Assembly: GCA_031835245.2 (NCBI GenBank)
Contig: JAVKOQ020000015.1
Location: 124,001 to 188,000, forward strand
Reading direction: 5' to 3'
Source of the DNA: Balamuthia mandrillaris
Lineage: Eukaryota
Length of the DNA: 64,000 nt
The notes beneath the pieces were generated by a model. The model saw only the letters and a list, made by a program, of their open reading frames with translations. It was not told the origin of the DNA and did no database searches. Of this stretch, positions 36,434 through 48,152 are shown piece by piece. Position 1 is the first letter of the stretch, and each line of letters begins with the position of its first letter. The translations under genes were made by a program, and so were the position numbers.

Positions 36434-38674
36434 ATGCTCAACCATAGGCCGGTCCTCGTCGCTTCCGGTTTGGTCACAGCGGCGGCTTATCTCACCGCCG
36501 CCTCGCTGTTCCTTCCGTGGTTCACCACCCCGCAACACGGTCCGTGGACCCTCACCAACTATCACTTCCTGTTGAAGGAAGGGGTGGCTGGCTTCTTCGT
36601 CATTCCTCCTTTGGCCACCTTTCTGCTGCTGAGCGTTTTTGCTTTGTTGGGTCCGTCCAAGCTTGCAAGAGGACTTGTGGCCAAGTTTTTCGGTGTTCTG
36701 ATCACTCTTTTGGGTTTGTGTCTCTTTTTGTTTTCTTGTTTGTCTTTAAAAGAAACTGAAAAAAAAAACGTGTATAGGTGCATTGGGGTGTTTTCTCGTT
36801 GTAAGTGCAAATGGACAGATCTTTCACCTGTTCTTCAACAACATTATCGTTGCCAACAACGGCCCAGCCTATTACCTCTCCGTCTTTGCTCACGCCTTTG
36901 TGCTCCTCGCCGGCCTCTCTCTTCTTCGTGGTTCCTTCTTGCTTTCCCGTTCTTCTGTGTCGACAAAAAACAGCAACAACACTCTTCCGACACAACAACA
37001 ACAACAAAAACAACACGGCCATTCCTCTTCTTCAACCACGCTTCGTCAAAGAAAAAAACAACAGCAGCAGCAACAACAGAAGAGAACCGATGAGAACAGA
37101 AATGCGTCTTCTTCTTCGTCTTCAGTTGGATGGAGAGTCATTGCAGCTGTGCAATTGGTCATCTTCTTAGTGTTCTTTGTTGGAGCAGCCAAAGTGTTTA
37201 TACCCTCTTTTCCTGCTTCGGATGTTTTGCAGCATGTTCACCTTCCACCAGGTGGTTATTCTTGCTTGTTTTCTTTCTTTCTCAGTCTAGTTTTGTATCA
37301 CGTATTCCCTCTTTCTTCATGTGACTCATATTCTATTCGGAAACAGGATTCAAAGCACATCTTTACGCTAAAGACATTCCCAACGCCAGGAGTATGGCCA
37401 CTGGACCGAAAGGCACTTTGTTTGTGGGAACACGTACCCTTGGCAAAGTATATGCCATTCTTGACAGAAACCAAGACTACGTGTTCGTTTCTTTTATCTC
37501 TTCTCCCTCTCTTTCTCTCTTATTCTCACTCTCCTATTCTTATTCGCTCTTCCTTCTTTCTTCTTTGTTTTTCGTTCTTCTCTTCATCAATACAATAGTC
37601 CAGATGAAGTCAAAGTAATAGAAGAAGGATTGTATATGCCTAATGGAGTTGCCTTTAAGGACGGCGCATTGTACTTGGCTGAAGTGGACAAGATTTGGCG
37701 GTATGACAACATCGAGAGCTCGTTGTTGGAAGGTTTCTCTCTCTTTTATTCTTGTACATTTCGTTGCTGTGCCAACTTATTCTAATTTATGTTACAGGCA
37801 AACCGCTCCAAAAGACTTTACTTCGTGACAATCTTCCAAATGACTCTCATCATGGCTGGAAGGTTCATCTTTCAGCAAGACTCTTTATTCTTTTCTCTCG
37901 CTCTGTTTTATTTGCTTTCTCTCCTTGCTTCAGTATCCTTGGTCCTTTCTCTTGTCTGACTAGTGCATACCACTTTAAAAAACAGTTCATTCGATTCGGT
38001 CCGGACGGCTTGCTTTACGTTCCCGTCGGTGCTCCATGCAATGTATGTGAACGAGATGATCCTCGTTATGCCACCATTATGACCATCGATGTTTCTGTCC
38101 CTTACCCTGGCGACAATAACTCTGACACTATTTTTGCTTATGGCGTTCGTCTCCTTCCTCTTCCTCTTTTCGTTCTTCTCCTTCTTATGCTTCTTTGATT
38201 CTCAGATTCGTAACTCGGTTGGTTTTGACTGGCACCCAATAACTCAACATTTATGGTTTACAGAGAATGGGCGAGACTTTGCCTCTGAGGAATATCGTTC
38301 GTCTTACCTTCTTCTTGTTCTTCTTTTTCTTCTTCTTCTTCATCTTCTTAGGTTTTTTCTTTTTGTTTTGCTTGAGCGCTTCATTTTCTTTTTTCTTTTA
38401 GCCAACCTTTTTGCTCTCTTGTTAATATAGCTCCTGATGAACTTAATCATGCCCCTAAACGAGGGCTTCACTTTGGTTACCCTTATTGTTTTGGCTACAA
38501 CGTCCATGATCCTGAAACCAATCCTGAAGAGAATAAGAAGGTGGAATGCTCTTTGCCAGCATATCAACCATCTGCCAAGGATTTAGACCCGCATGTTGCT
38601 GCCCTCGGCGTTCGCTTTTATCAAGCTGATATGTTTCCTTCTGCCTACAAAAACGTCATTTTCTTTGCTGGTAT

Positions 38675-38708
<34 letters not shown>

Positions 38709-39043
38709 TCTGCTTCTTTCCTTCTTATTCTCTCGTTTTTTTTTTTTTTTTTTTGCTGATGCTGAATCCTGTCAACTCAGAGCATGGGTCATGGAACAGA
38801 AAGAACCCAACAGGGTATAGGTTGCTGATAAGCCGCATTCCATCGGTAGATTACAGTGTCAACAACAGCAATAACGACAACGAAAGACCGACCTACGAGG
38901 AATTTGCGACCGGCTTCATCGACAGCAAAGACGGAACGGTCTACGGCCGTCCCGTGGATGTGCACATCCTCCCCGATGGCTCCATGCTTGTCAGCGATGA
39001 CTTTGCTGGCCAAATCTACCGCATCACGTACTCGTCTTCGTGA
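36434..39043 (+). CDS. Multi-TM protein fused to PQQ-dependent sorbosone/soluble glucose dehydrogenase-type beta-propeller
   Basis: LPPGF..PNARSM..LFVGTR, MPNGVAF, HHGWKFIRFGPDGLLYVPVGAPCNVC, GIRNSVGFDWHP..LWFTENGRD, PPDELN..HFGYPYC, HVAALG, EHGSWNR, GRPVDV..DGSMLVSDD. Eight in-phase introns; about five N-terminal hydrophobic helices. Confidence 0.9.
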
Positions 39044-39325
39044 GCGCACATTTACTGAAATGACGTGTTCATTTACATTTTTGGTCATGGATGACAACAT
39101 ATCAAGAATGAAAGGCATGGTACAAATGGAAAGAATGCAAAACATGTATCCGCTGTGAAATATCTAAAGAATCTGAGGAATGGTACGAATGAGAAGAATA
39201 TAAATTATGTTAAAAATGAGAGGAATGCTTCAAGAGAAAAAATAAAAAGAAAAGAAAAGAAAAATTTTAAGATTTGATTTAAACACCAAAAAATCAAATG
39301 AGAAAAAAGTAGCACACAGCCACAA

Positions 39326-39766
39326 ATGGAGCACGATGATGAAGACAAGCCAAAGGTGGAATCGCCCACAACAACAGACAACGACAACGAATCAACGGCC
39401 ACAAGTTCTTCAGCAACCAACATTCCACAAATGGTGGTGGCGGAAGAGGAGGAGGATGATCATTCTCAGCAGATGACGACGGAGAGCCATTTTCCGATGG
39501 CGTTCCACTCGGAAGAGGAAGTGTATGAGGGAGAGGAAGAAGGAGAAGCGGAGGAAGCCATCATCATGGCGTCTGAGGAAGGCGTACACGACAAATATTT
39601 CGCTTTCTTCGGGGAAGCTTCGGAAGAGCAGCAACAACGACCGCCCCATGAAGAGCATCCCCACGGACGAGAGGAAGCGGAGCCACACGAAGAAGAAGAA
39701 GAGCTTAACGTACAACAACAACATTTCCTTAGCGGTACTTCTCTTCGCTCTCTGTTCTCTCTTCTC

Positions 39767-39800
<34 letters not shown>

Positions 39801-42800
39801 TTCCTTCTCTCCGCTCTCTCTCTCTCTCTCTTGCTCTCTTTTTCTTCTTCTTCTTCTTCTCTACTTTCTCCTCTTTGTTTTCGTTGGCTCACTGGCAAAA
39901 ATAAAAAACCGCAAACAGAAGGACAAATCAATCGAGTGAGAGCGATCGTTCGCTCGCAGTTTGAGCTGGAGGTGGAGAACAAGCAGAGGGAGCTGCGGTT
40001 GATCGAGTATCGCATTGCTGAGGTGCAGGTCATGCTCCAACGCCTCAAATACGCTTGGCTGAACCGTACGTTTCGTGTTCTCTGCTTCTCTCTTCTGCTG
40101 TTCTCTTTTCTCTCCTCTTTCGTTCGCTGCTTTTTTTTGCTTCAGTTTCTCCTTGAAATGTGTTCACTCCTAACTGAAAAACAAATAAAGGAGGTTGGAA
40201 GAGCGAGATTGCAGAATGGGAGGCATTAGCCAGGCTTCCCTCCTCCTCAAGGTTCCGCAAACGAGCACGCATGGCGGCAGCTGCTGCCGGTGGTCGTGAC
40301 AACCTCTTTGTTCCTCCTTCAAACATCACTTCCTCATCTTCTAAAAGTCACAAAAGCAAAAACCCAAAGAAGAAGAAAAAAGAAAAAGATAAAGCAAAAG
40401 AAAAAGAAAAAGAAAAAGTTACAACAACGTCTACTCCAACCAAGAAAGAAAAGAAGAGGAAGAATAGAGAAGAACAAGAAGAAGGCAAAGAAGGAGGAGA
40501 AATGAAAGAGGCTCAACCGCCCAAAAAGAGAAAGAAGAAAGCAAAGATTCACCCAGAAGCTCGTTTTCTGTTTGCTCGGCTACAAGACGGATCATTTGTG
40601 CAGTATGTTACATACCTCCATCTTCTTTTTTTCTTTTTCTTCTTTCTTCTTCTTTTTATTCTCAACGTTTGGTATTGTTATTTTCTCATTCTCTCCTACA
40701 CTAGACTTATCTGTCCAGGTTGTCAACGAGACAGATTCGCTAACGGCCTTGGCTTCGTGAATCACTGTCGCATCGTCCACAAGCTCAAATTTGCCTCTCA
40801 CTACGAGGCCGCTCGTCACTGCGGAGTACCGGTGGATGCCTCCAAAGTGCCTCCCGATGATCCTTGTCACATCGCTCCTCCTGTAGATGCTCCCTCCGTC
40901 ATGCGGCTTAGTGGCACCGCTATCATGAAGGCTTCTGAAACTTCTGCCTCGTCTTCAAAGTTGTTGGTTTGTGATATTTTTACTTTCACTCTCTTCATTT
41001 TTTTTTTGTTTTATTTAAACCTTTTTTCCAAACACAAAAAGGGAGAGGTGAAAGAAGAGGCAGTAGACAACGAACAAGACGACCAAGTTTCACGATTTTA
41101 CATCAAAAAGAGAATCATAGTTGGAAATACTTCCAAGTACATCCCCGAGAGTACGTTTCTTTTCTTTTCGATTTTGTTTGTCCATAACCAACACCTTCTC
41201 AACGACAATGCAAAGAATATAGAGACAGCGATGATAAATCAACACACAAATGGATGGTATACGTCCGCGGAAGTGCTGAGGTCCTTTCCCATCTTTCCAT
41301 TTTCTGCTTGCTTTTTTTTGTTTTGCAACTGACATGATGGTTGTAAAACCAAATAACAGGAACCAGATATCAGCTACTTCGTGAAGAAGGTTCGCTTCTT
41401 CCTTCATCCAAGTTTTGCACCAAACGATTTAGTGGAAGTGGTCTATCCTCCTTTTCATCTCACGCGACGCGGATGGGGAGAGTTTCCGATTCGCGTTCAA
41501 CTGCACTTCGTCGATAGCAAAAACAAACCAGTTGACATCATTCATCCGATAAAGGTATTTAAATTTTTCCTTATTCTCTCTCTCGTTTATATCGAGATTA
41601 TGGTCACTCTTTCGGTTGCTAAATATTTTTTTGGAAATTATTTAGTTGGATCAAACACACTCTGGCTTACAAGTGCTTGGAGGAGAAACTCCGGTGGACA
41701 TTGAATTAGATAGAAACTTTTTTGACAAAAGAGAACATCAACTTGCTGCAGTAACACAGAATGCAGCATCTGTTTCTTCTTCTTCTTCTTCTTCTTCTTC
41801 TTCTTCTTCTGTCTCTTCAACATCCACATTGACAATAACAAAAGCACAAAATACTTCATCCACAGCAGCAAGCAACTTTTCTTCTATTACCGCTCCACCA
41901 GCGGTTTCTTCAACAACCAGCGCCCAATCTACCATTTCTTCTTGTTCTTCGTCTTCTTCATTTGCTGCTTCGCCACCGTCTACCTTAGTACCTTCTGATA
42001 CTACTTCTCCATTATCATTTTCTTCCTCTCCTTCCTCAACTTCTTGTTCTTCAACAACCAGCGCCAAATCTACTAAGACTTCTTCTTCTTCTTCTTCTTC
42101 GTCTACTTCTTCTTCAACATCTCTCAACTTAACAGCTACACCACAAATACAACTGCAGACAGCTGCTTCATCTTCTAATAGCAAACTTCCAACTGCCTTT
42201 CCTTTAACGCCATCTTCACTATCGGCCTTTTTCCAACAACAAAACTCTGCCTCAACCCCAACAATTCCCTTGCCGCCGTTATCAACAGCTTCTTCAAAAT
42301 CATCCAACAATAGAACCAACTATCGCACCAACAAAGTTTTGCCGTTGAGAGTTAGATCAAGAAACTCTTCTCGTCTTCCTTCTCCTCCTCCGTCTGCTTC
42401 CTCATCCGCATCGTTAGTGTCGTCACTTTCTTCTTCTTCTTCTTCTTCTTCTTCTTCTTCTTCTTCTTCTTCTTCTTCATCTTCGTCTTCATCTTCATCT
42501 TCGACTTCTCCTTCTCCTTCATCTCAATCTATGTCATCATATTCGTCGTCTTCGTCTTCGTCTTCTTCTTCTTTATCCTCTTCTTCATCTTTGTCTTTTG
42601 GATCCTCATCCGCTCCTTCGCTAGCCTCCTTCTCTAAAAAACCATCTCCACCACCTCTTCCCAAGCAGAAGCCTCCTTCTTCCTCTTCTTCCTTATCATC
42701 ATCTTCTTCATCTTCATCATCTTCTCCATCTTCTTCATCGTTATCTTCATCTGCCCCTACAGTTGTTTCGCATATGCAACGCTTGCTAGCGGACCTACAA

Positions 42801-45058
42801 ACACAAGCCCTTCTTTCTCGGTTTCAATCCATTCAACCACTGCCGTCTACTTCATCAGTATCTTTATCATCCTTATCATCATCATTTCCAGCAGTAGCCG
42901 CTTCACCTTTGCTCACTTCTTTACTATTCCAACCATCAACGTTATCCTTATTTTCACCTTCACCCGTGTCTACCCCGCTTACTTCTGTGACTTCATCGTC
43001 ATCGTCATCTTCATCTTCATCTTCGATATCTTCCACCTCTTCTTCTCTTCCTACTTCTTCATCGTTGCCTACCTCTACATTCTCTTCTTCTACCACTGCT
43101 TCTTCATCATCATTTGTCGTTTCTGGTCCTTTTACTTATCCTACGTTGCAACAGCAGCAAACACAACAACAAAGTGTTGGTCCACTTCGAACTTTCCCAT
43201 CTTTCGTTGATAGCAGCGCCCTTTTTTCAACGAGCGGCACGAATACTGACACAGCAAAAAGGCTGATGGAAATACAAAAACAACTTGAAATACTTTCTAA
43301 GGCAGAGCCAAGGTTTCAAACGCTAGCATCGACAGCAAAATCAACTCCGTATAACAAAGAAAGTGAAGCGGAGCACCAGTCACCAATTGTGCAACGCATT
43401 AGCATCCCATTGGGTACTTTTTGTTGTTCTCTCTTTCTTGCTTCTTTTACCATTAACGATTTGAACATCATTCAGTCTTCCCAGCAAAGATAGAAAGACA
43501 TATGGAAGAGGCATTACGAAATCGCTATCCTCTCATAACAGCTGCTAAAGTTCATCGCAGTGGCATTCCCTATTCCTGTGCTCCCTCCGAAGAGGCTTGG
43601 CGTTCTTGGAGTGTTGGAAAACGAAAGTCGTCAGAAGTAAGTTTTATCTTCTTCTCTTACTATTCCCTTTCTGTATTGATAACCAACCAACAAATATTAA
43701 CAGTGGCAACGAGCTAAACAAGTGGCTAAGTACTTACAAGCAACTACCAATGTTGTGGTTTCTCCCAAAGAAGTGCTGATTTGGTCGCGTCAACATGGCT
43801 TAGTGCCTGAAGTACGTTTCTGTTCTTTTCGTTAAGCGTTTCTTTCTCTCGTTCCTGCATGCTGTTTTTTGCTCTCTCTCTCTCTCTCTCTCTCTCTCTG
43901 CTTCTCTGCTTCTCCTCTCTTCTTTCTTCTCTTTCCACGCTGCTCTTAACCTCGGCTTCTCTTCTTCCTAACGAACATACAACAACAGGTGGACCCAAGT
44001 GACCAAAAACAAATTGGCTACTATTGCAAGTACTGCGGTACTGGGCATCGACCCTTCAACAAATTCACCTTCTTTCAACGAAGTTGCGCCAACAAAATTA
44101 CTTGCACAAATGCCATCCGCACCGCTTCCTCCCTGAACGCACTGGAAAGTGAACTCGTCCAAATGATTCACAAGCTTCCAAAAGCTCCTCCCCCTCCCCC
44201 TCCTTCCGTTTCTTCTTCTGTAATTAATGCTTCTGGAGTTAAACTTCTTCCTGTCAAGCCTGAACCTATCGGTAAGTTCTTTCTTTTTCAACTCTCTCCA
44301 TTCTTTTGGTACCTGTTATAATGTCCTCTTTCGTTCTCCCTCTCTCATACAGATTCTGATACTGTCATTCCAACGATACATCATCAACTTCACAATGCAC
44401 CTTTTGCCACGAATGCTCAGCGACAGCAATCATCCTCTCAAAACTTTGTGCAACCGGTAACGCTGTCGCAAATGGACGGCGCCGCCCAAAACTCTTGGCG
44501 CCGCTTTGTGGAGCATCGCGCCTCTGAGATCGACGAAACCACCACATGCGATCCTTTATCCAGCGACATTCTTTCAATAGTAACATCCTTCTCCTTCTCC
44601 TTCTCCTTCTCCTCCTTCTTGTTCTTGTTCTTCTTCTTGTTCTTGTTCTTCTTCTTGTTCTTCTTGTTCTTCTTCTTGTTCTTCTCACTCGTGTGTCAAT
44701 TAAAAAGGCTACTTTTGCATTCTTGCGCTCGCTTCTTCGAGAGAGCGTGCGTTGCTATGCGGCTCAACAGCAGTCCGAGCCGGAAGAAGCCCAACAGCAC
44801 AAGATATTGGTGCCCTATCACGCTTGCCTCGCCATCAAACAACAGCAACGAAAGGAAGGAGCGTTTGAGTTTTTGAGTAATTCGGGGCTGGAAGAGATGA
44901 TACGAATGGAAGAAGAGGCAGAGCAAGAGAGAGGGGTGATATCAGCTTCGAATGTTCCTATAGTGATATCGGATGTAATGGAAGAAGAAGTAACGCGGAA
45001 GAAGAAAGAAAAGGAAAAAGAAGAGGAGGAAGAAGAAATCATCAATATAGACGATTGA
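39326..45058 (+). CDS. YEATS2: YEATS2-like protein
   Basis: N-terminal coiled coil [17 protein letters not shown] domain [53 protein letters not shown] motif; C-terminal histone-fold-like ILVPYH..FEFLSN. Exons join in phase. Confidence 0.9.
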
Positions 45059-45100
45059 TGAGGATAAAGCAAGGAACAATATTGAAAGTTGTTTTGTTGT

Positions 45101-45140
<40 letters not shown>

Positions 45141-45166
45141 AACAGGGAGTAAACCAACAGATGTTT

Positions 45167-45269
45167 TCAAACCACTTGATATTCGTCCGCGTGAAGTGCT
45201 TTCTCCAACGAATATTTCACTGGCGCTCCTTCACTGTTCTCTATTCCCTCCAACTGTTTTATCACAAAG

Positions 45270-45304
<35 letters not shown>

Positions 45305-47782
45305 AAAGAGAAAAAAGAGAGATATTTACCACAATATCACAATAAGTCAATTGGGACATGAAAGAGACTTTGATGGGGAACAATGAGGAGCCATCGCTGA
45401 GTCCTGGAACGGTAAACTCCATAGCGCCGCTGCTGTTGGACTCGTCGATCAGGTCGAGGCGCCAGTAGAGTATGTGGTTCTTCAGGTCAAACTCGTATGT
45501 GCCGTCCACGTCCTCTACCGTTGGTGTTCCTCCTCTGTTACAAGTTATTGTGTGAGGGTAAGAAAGAAAAAGGATACTTCAAGTAAAAAAAGCATACATG
45601 ATAGGAATAGCAATGGATACATTGCCCAAAGCGAAGCCGGGTTTGATGGTGTGCAGCTCGTACTCCATGTTGACGACGGTGCTGCCGCCTCCTCCTGCTG
45701 ATGGCCAGCAGTTCACTTTATTTGTTTTTTAATGAGTGTATGAAATGAGCAAAAGCATAAAAATAGAAAATAAATGAGGGGAGGGAGAGAGGAAGAGAGA
45801 GAGAGCGTTACCAGTAAGCGGAACCAAGTTCTCATCAGTCGTTTGCAAACGCCACTTGAGAATGTTCAAAGCGGTTCTAACGGGAAATCCTCGCTTTCCT
45901 CCTTTCGGCGAAACAATTTTCTCCTTCATAAATCTGTTCTTGTCGATATTGGGATGTGCCTTAAAGTGGAAGTTATTCTTATTGTCAGCCGGCTGAGAGA
46001 GTCGCAGGACGACGTCGCTGTACTGCTCATCGTCAATGATGAAGGTAAGGTGGCCCCGCACTTCGACGTTGGGAAGGCCGCCATCGTTTTCTAAAGTGGC
46101 ATTTATGTTCTCCAGGATTTCTACTCTTACGCTAAATATTTGAGTAGAAGGAGAGAATAGTTAACAGAAAGCGAGAAAAGCCAGAGAAAGGCATTAGAGA
46201 AGAATGAAGACTGAACAACAAACCTTTCTTTGGGAGCGGAAGGAGCACCGGTGAGGGTCTCGGAGGGTTCACGCAGGTCGAGGTCTTCTTCCTTCTGCAT
46301 GGCCTGCATGAATTTGGAAGTGGCTTCCTTCTTGCCCAACACCATTCCGCCTGGTGGGGCGGTTGCCCTATTTTTTAAATTATCATACGTTAACGAAAAA
46401 GAAAGAGAACAGAATGAGAGAGAAAGAGAGAGAAAGTGAGAGAAAGAGAGGAGAGAGGAGGCGAGAGAGAGAGAGAGAGAGAACAAACTTGGGGCGTTCA
46501 CGCTCTTGCACAATGATGGGCTGAGCTAACGGCTCATTGCTGCCTTGCCAAGAGGAAGATCTCGATCCCAAGCCGCCCATTCCGCCCATTCCACCCATGC
46601 TTCCCATTCCTCCCATACCGCCGGCTTGGGCGGCTCTGAGACTCTCTTGTCTCATTTTCTCGATCTGTTGTCTCTTTCGTTTGGCTTCCTCCAAAGCTTC
46701 CAACTCTTTGTTCTATTTTGCGTTTGGAAAAAGAAGACAAAAAATCAAAATAAGAAAAAGAAGTGAAACAGTGGTAGTTAAAAGCGTACCCTTTCCATGA
46801 CTTCGTGCACCTTCTCGTCGTAACTGTCCATGGCCATGAAAGTTTTGATCTGTGACAAAGTGACCTTTTCCTTGTAGCCCATCGCGATCACCTCATCAAA
46901 GGCCCAAATGAGCTTAAATGCGTTGTTGGCCACTTCTTCCTCGTCCAAAACTCGACAGTATTCCGGCACCTTTTGGTTCGTTCGTTAGCATTTGAGCAGA
47001 GATGCACAGAAACGAGCCAAGAGAGAAACAGTGAAAGAGAGGGAGAGAGAGAGAGAAATGCAGGGAGAGAGAGAGAGAGAGAGAGAAATGCAGGGAGAGA
47101 GAGGAAGAGAGAGAAATGCAGGGAGAGAGAGAGAGGGAGAGATGGAGAGAGAGCAGAGAAAGGGGAGAGAGAAATGCAGGGAGAGAGAGAGAGAGAGGGA
47201 GAGAGGGAGAGATGGAGAGAGAGCAGACAAAGGGGAGAGAAAGAATGCAAGCGGTGGAGAGAAAGAAAAGAGGGAAAGAGTGAAGGGCAAAGAGGAGGGA
47301 TAAACCAGGTAAACATACAATCTTGGCAAGAATGTTCAACGTTTCAAGATCCTCCAGTATGTTGCTGGACTTGTTGGTGAGGAGGAGCATGTAGAGGTTC
47401 TCCAGCGGTTGGTAGACGTAGCGCACGTTTTCCGTCTCGATAAAGGTGTGTTGCTTGCCAGTGCCCATCAGGTTGGGGAAGGCGGCCAAAAGACCTTCTA
47501 TCCTCGTTCGTGTGATGTCGACAAACTGACGAGACACAAGAGCTAATGTTTTTTTGTTTTTTTTGGGTTAGACAAAAAACATAAAAAAAATCAAAAGAAA
47601 AGATTGTATTGAGTGATTGATTGATTGGTTGGCGAGAGTGAAAGAGAAAAAAATATAAAAATAAAAAAAACGAAACTGAATCCAATCCAATCCAAAAAAA
47701 AAAAAAAAAAAAAAAGTAGAACGATTTGGATTGCTGTACCTTTGCCATTCTTTGTGCACACAGCGACTGCCAAAACCACCAT
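45167..47782 (-). CDS. ARCN1: Coatomer subunit delta
   Basis: [53 protein letters not shown]; mu-homology domain [21 protein letters not shown]. Confidence 0.95.
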
Positions 47783-48152
47783 TTTTTTCAAGTGAAAAAA
47801 ATATATCGAATGTGTTTGTGGAGGGGGAAAAGAAGGAACAGAACACCAAAAGAAGATAGAGAGAAGAACGCCAAGGATAGCCAAGCAATCAGAGAGTCAG
47901 TCACCCTCCTCTTCCTTCCTTCTCTTTTTTTTTCTTTTTTTCGTTGGCCGAATTTTTTATTTTCCTTTTGTCTAAAATTTCGTCGACAATTTGCCACGTC
48001 GGTTTTTTGTCGACAAGCAACGTCAGCAAAGCAATATTTTTCCATATTTTTGAAAAAACTATGTGCCTGTTCAATAATTACATGATAATTACATAAAATC
48101 AATAAAATAACAAAAACATCGAAAATTTTTTTGCTCTCTTCTTCTGTTCTTC

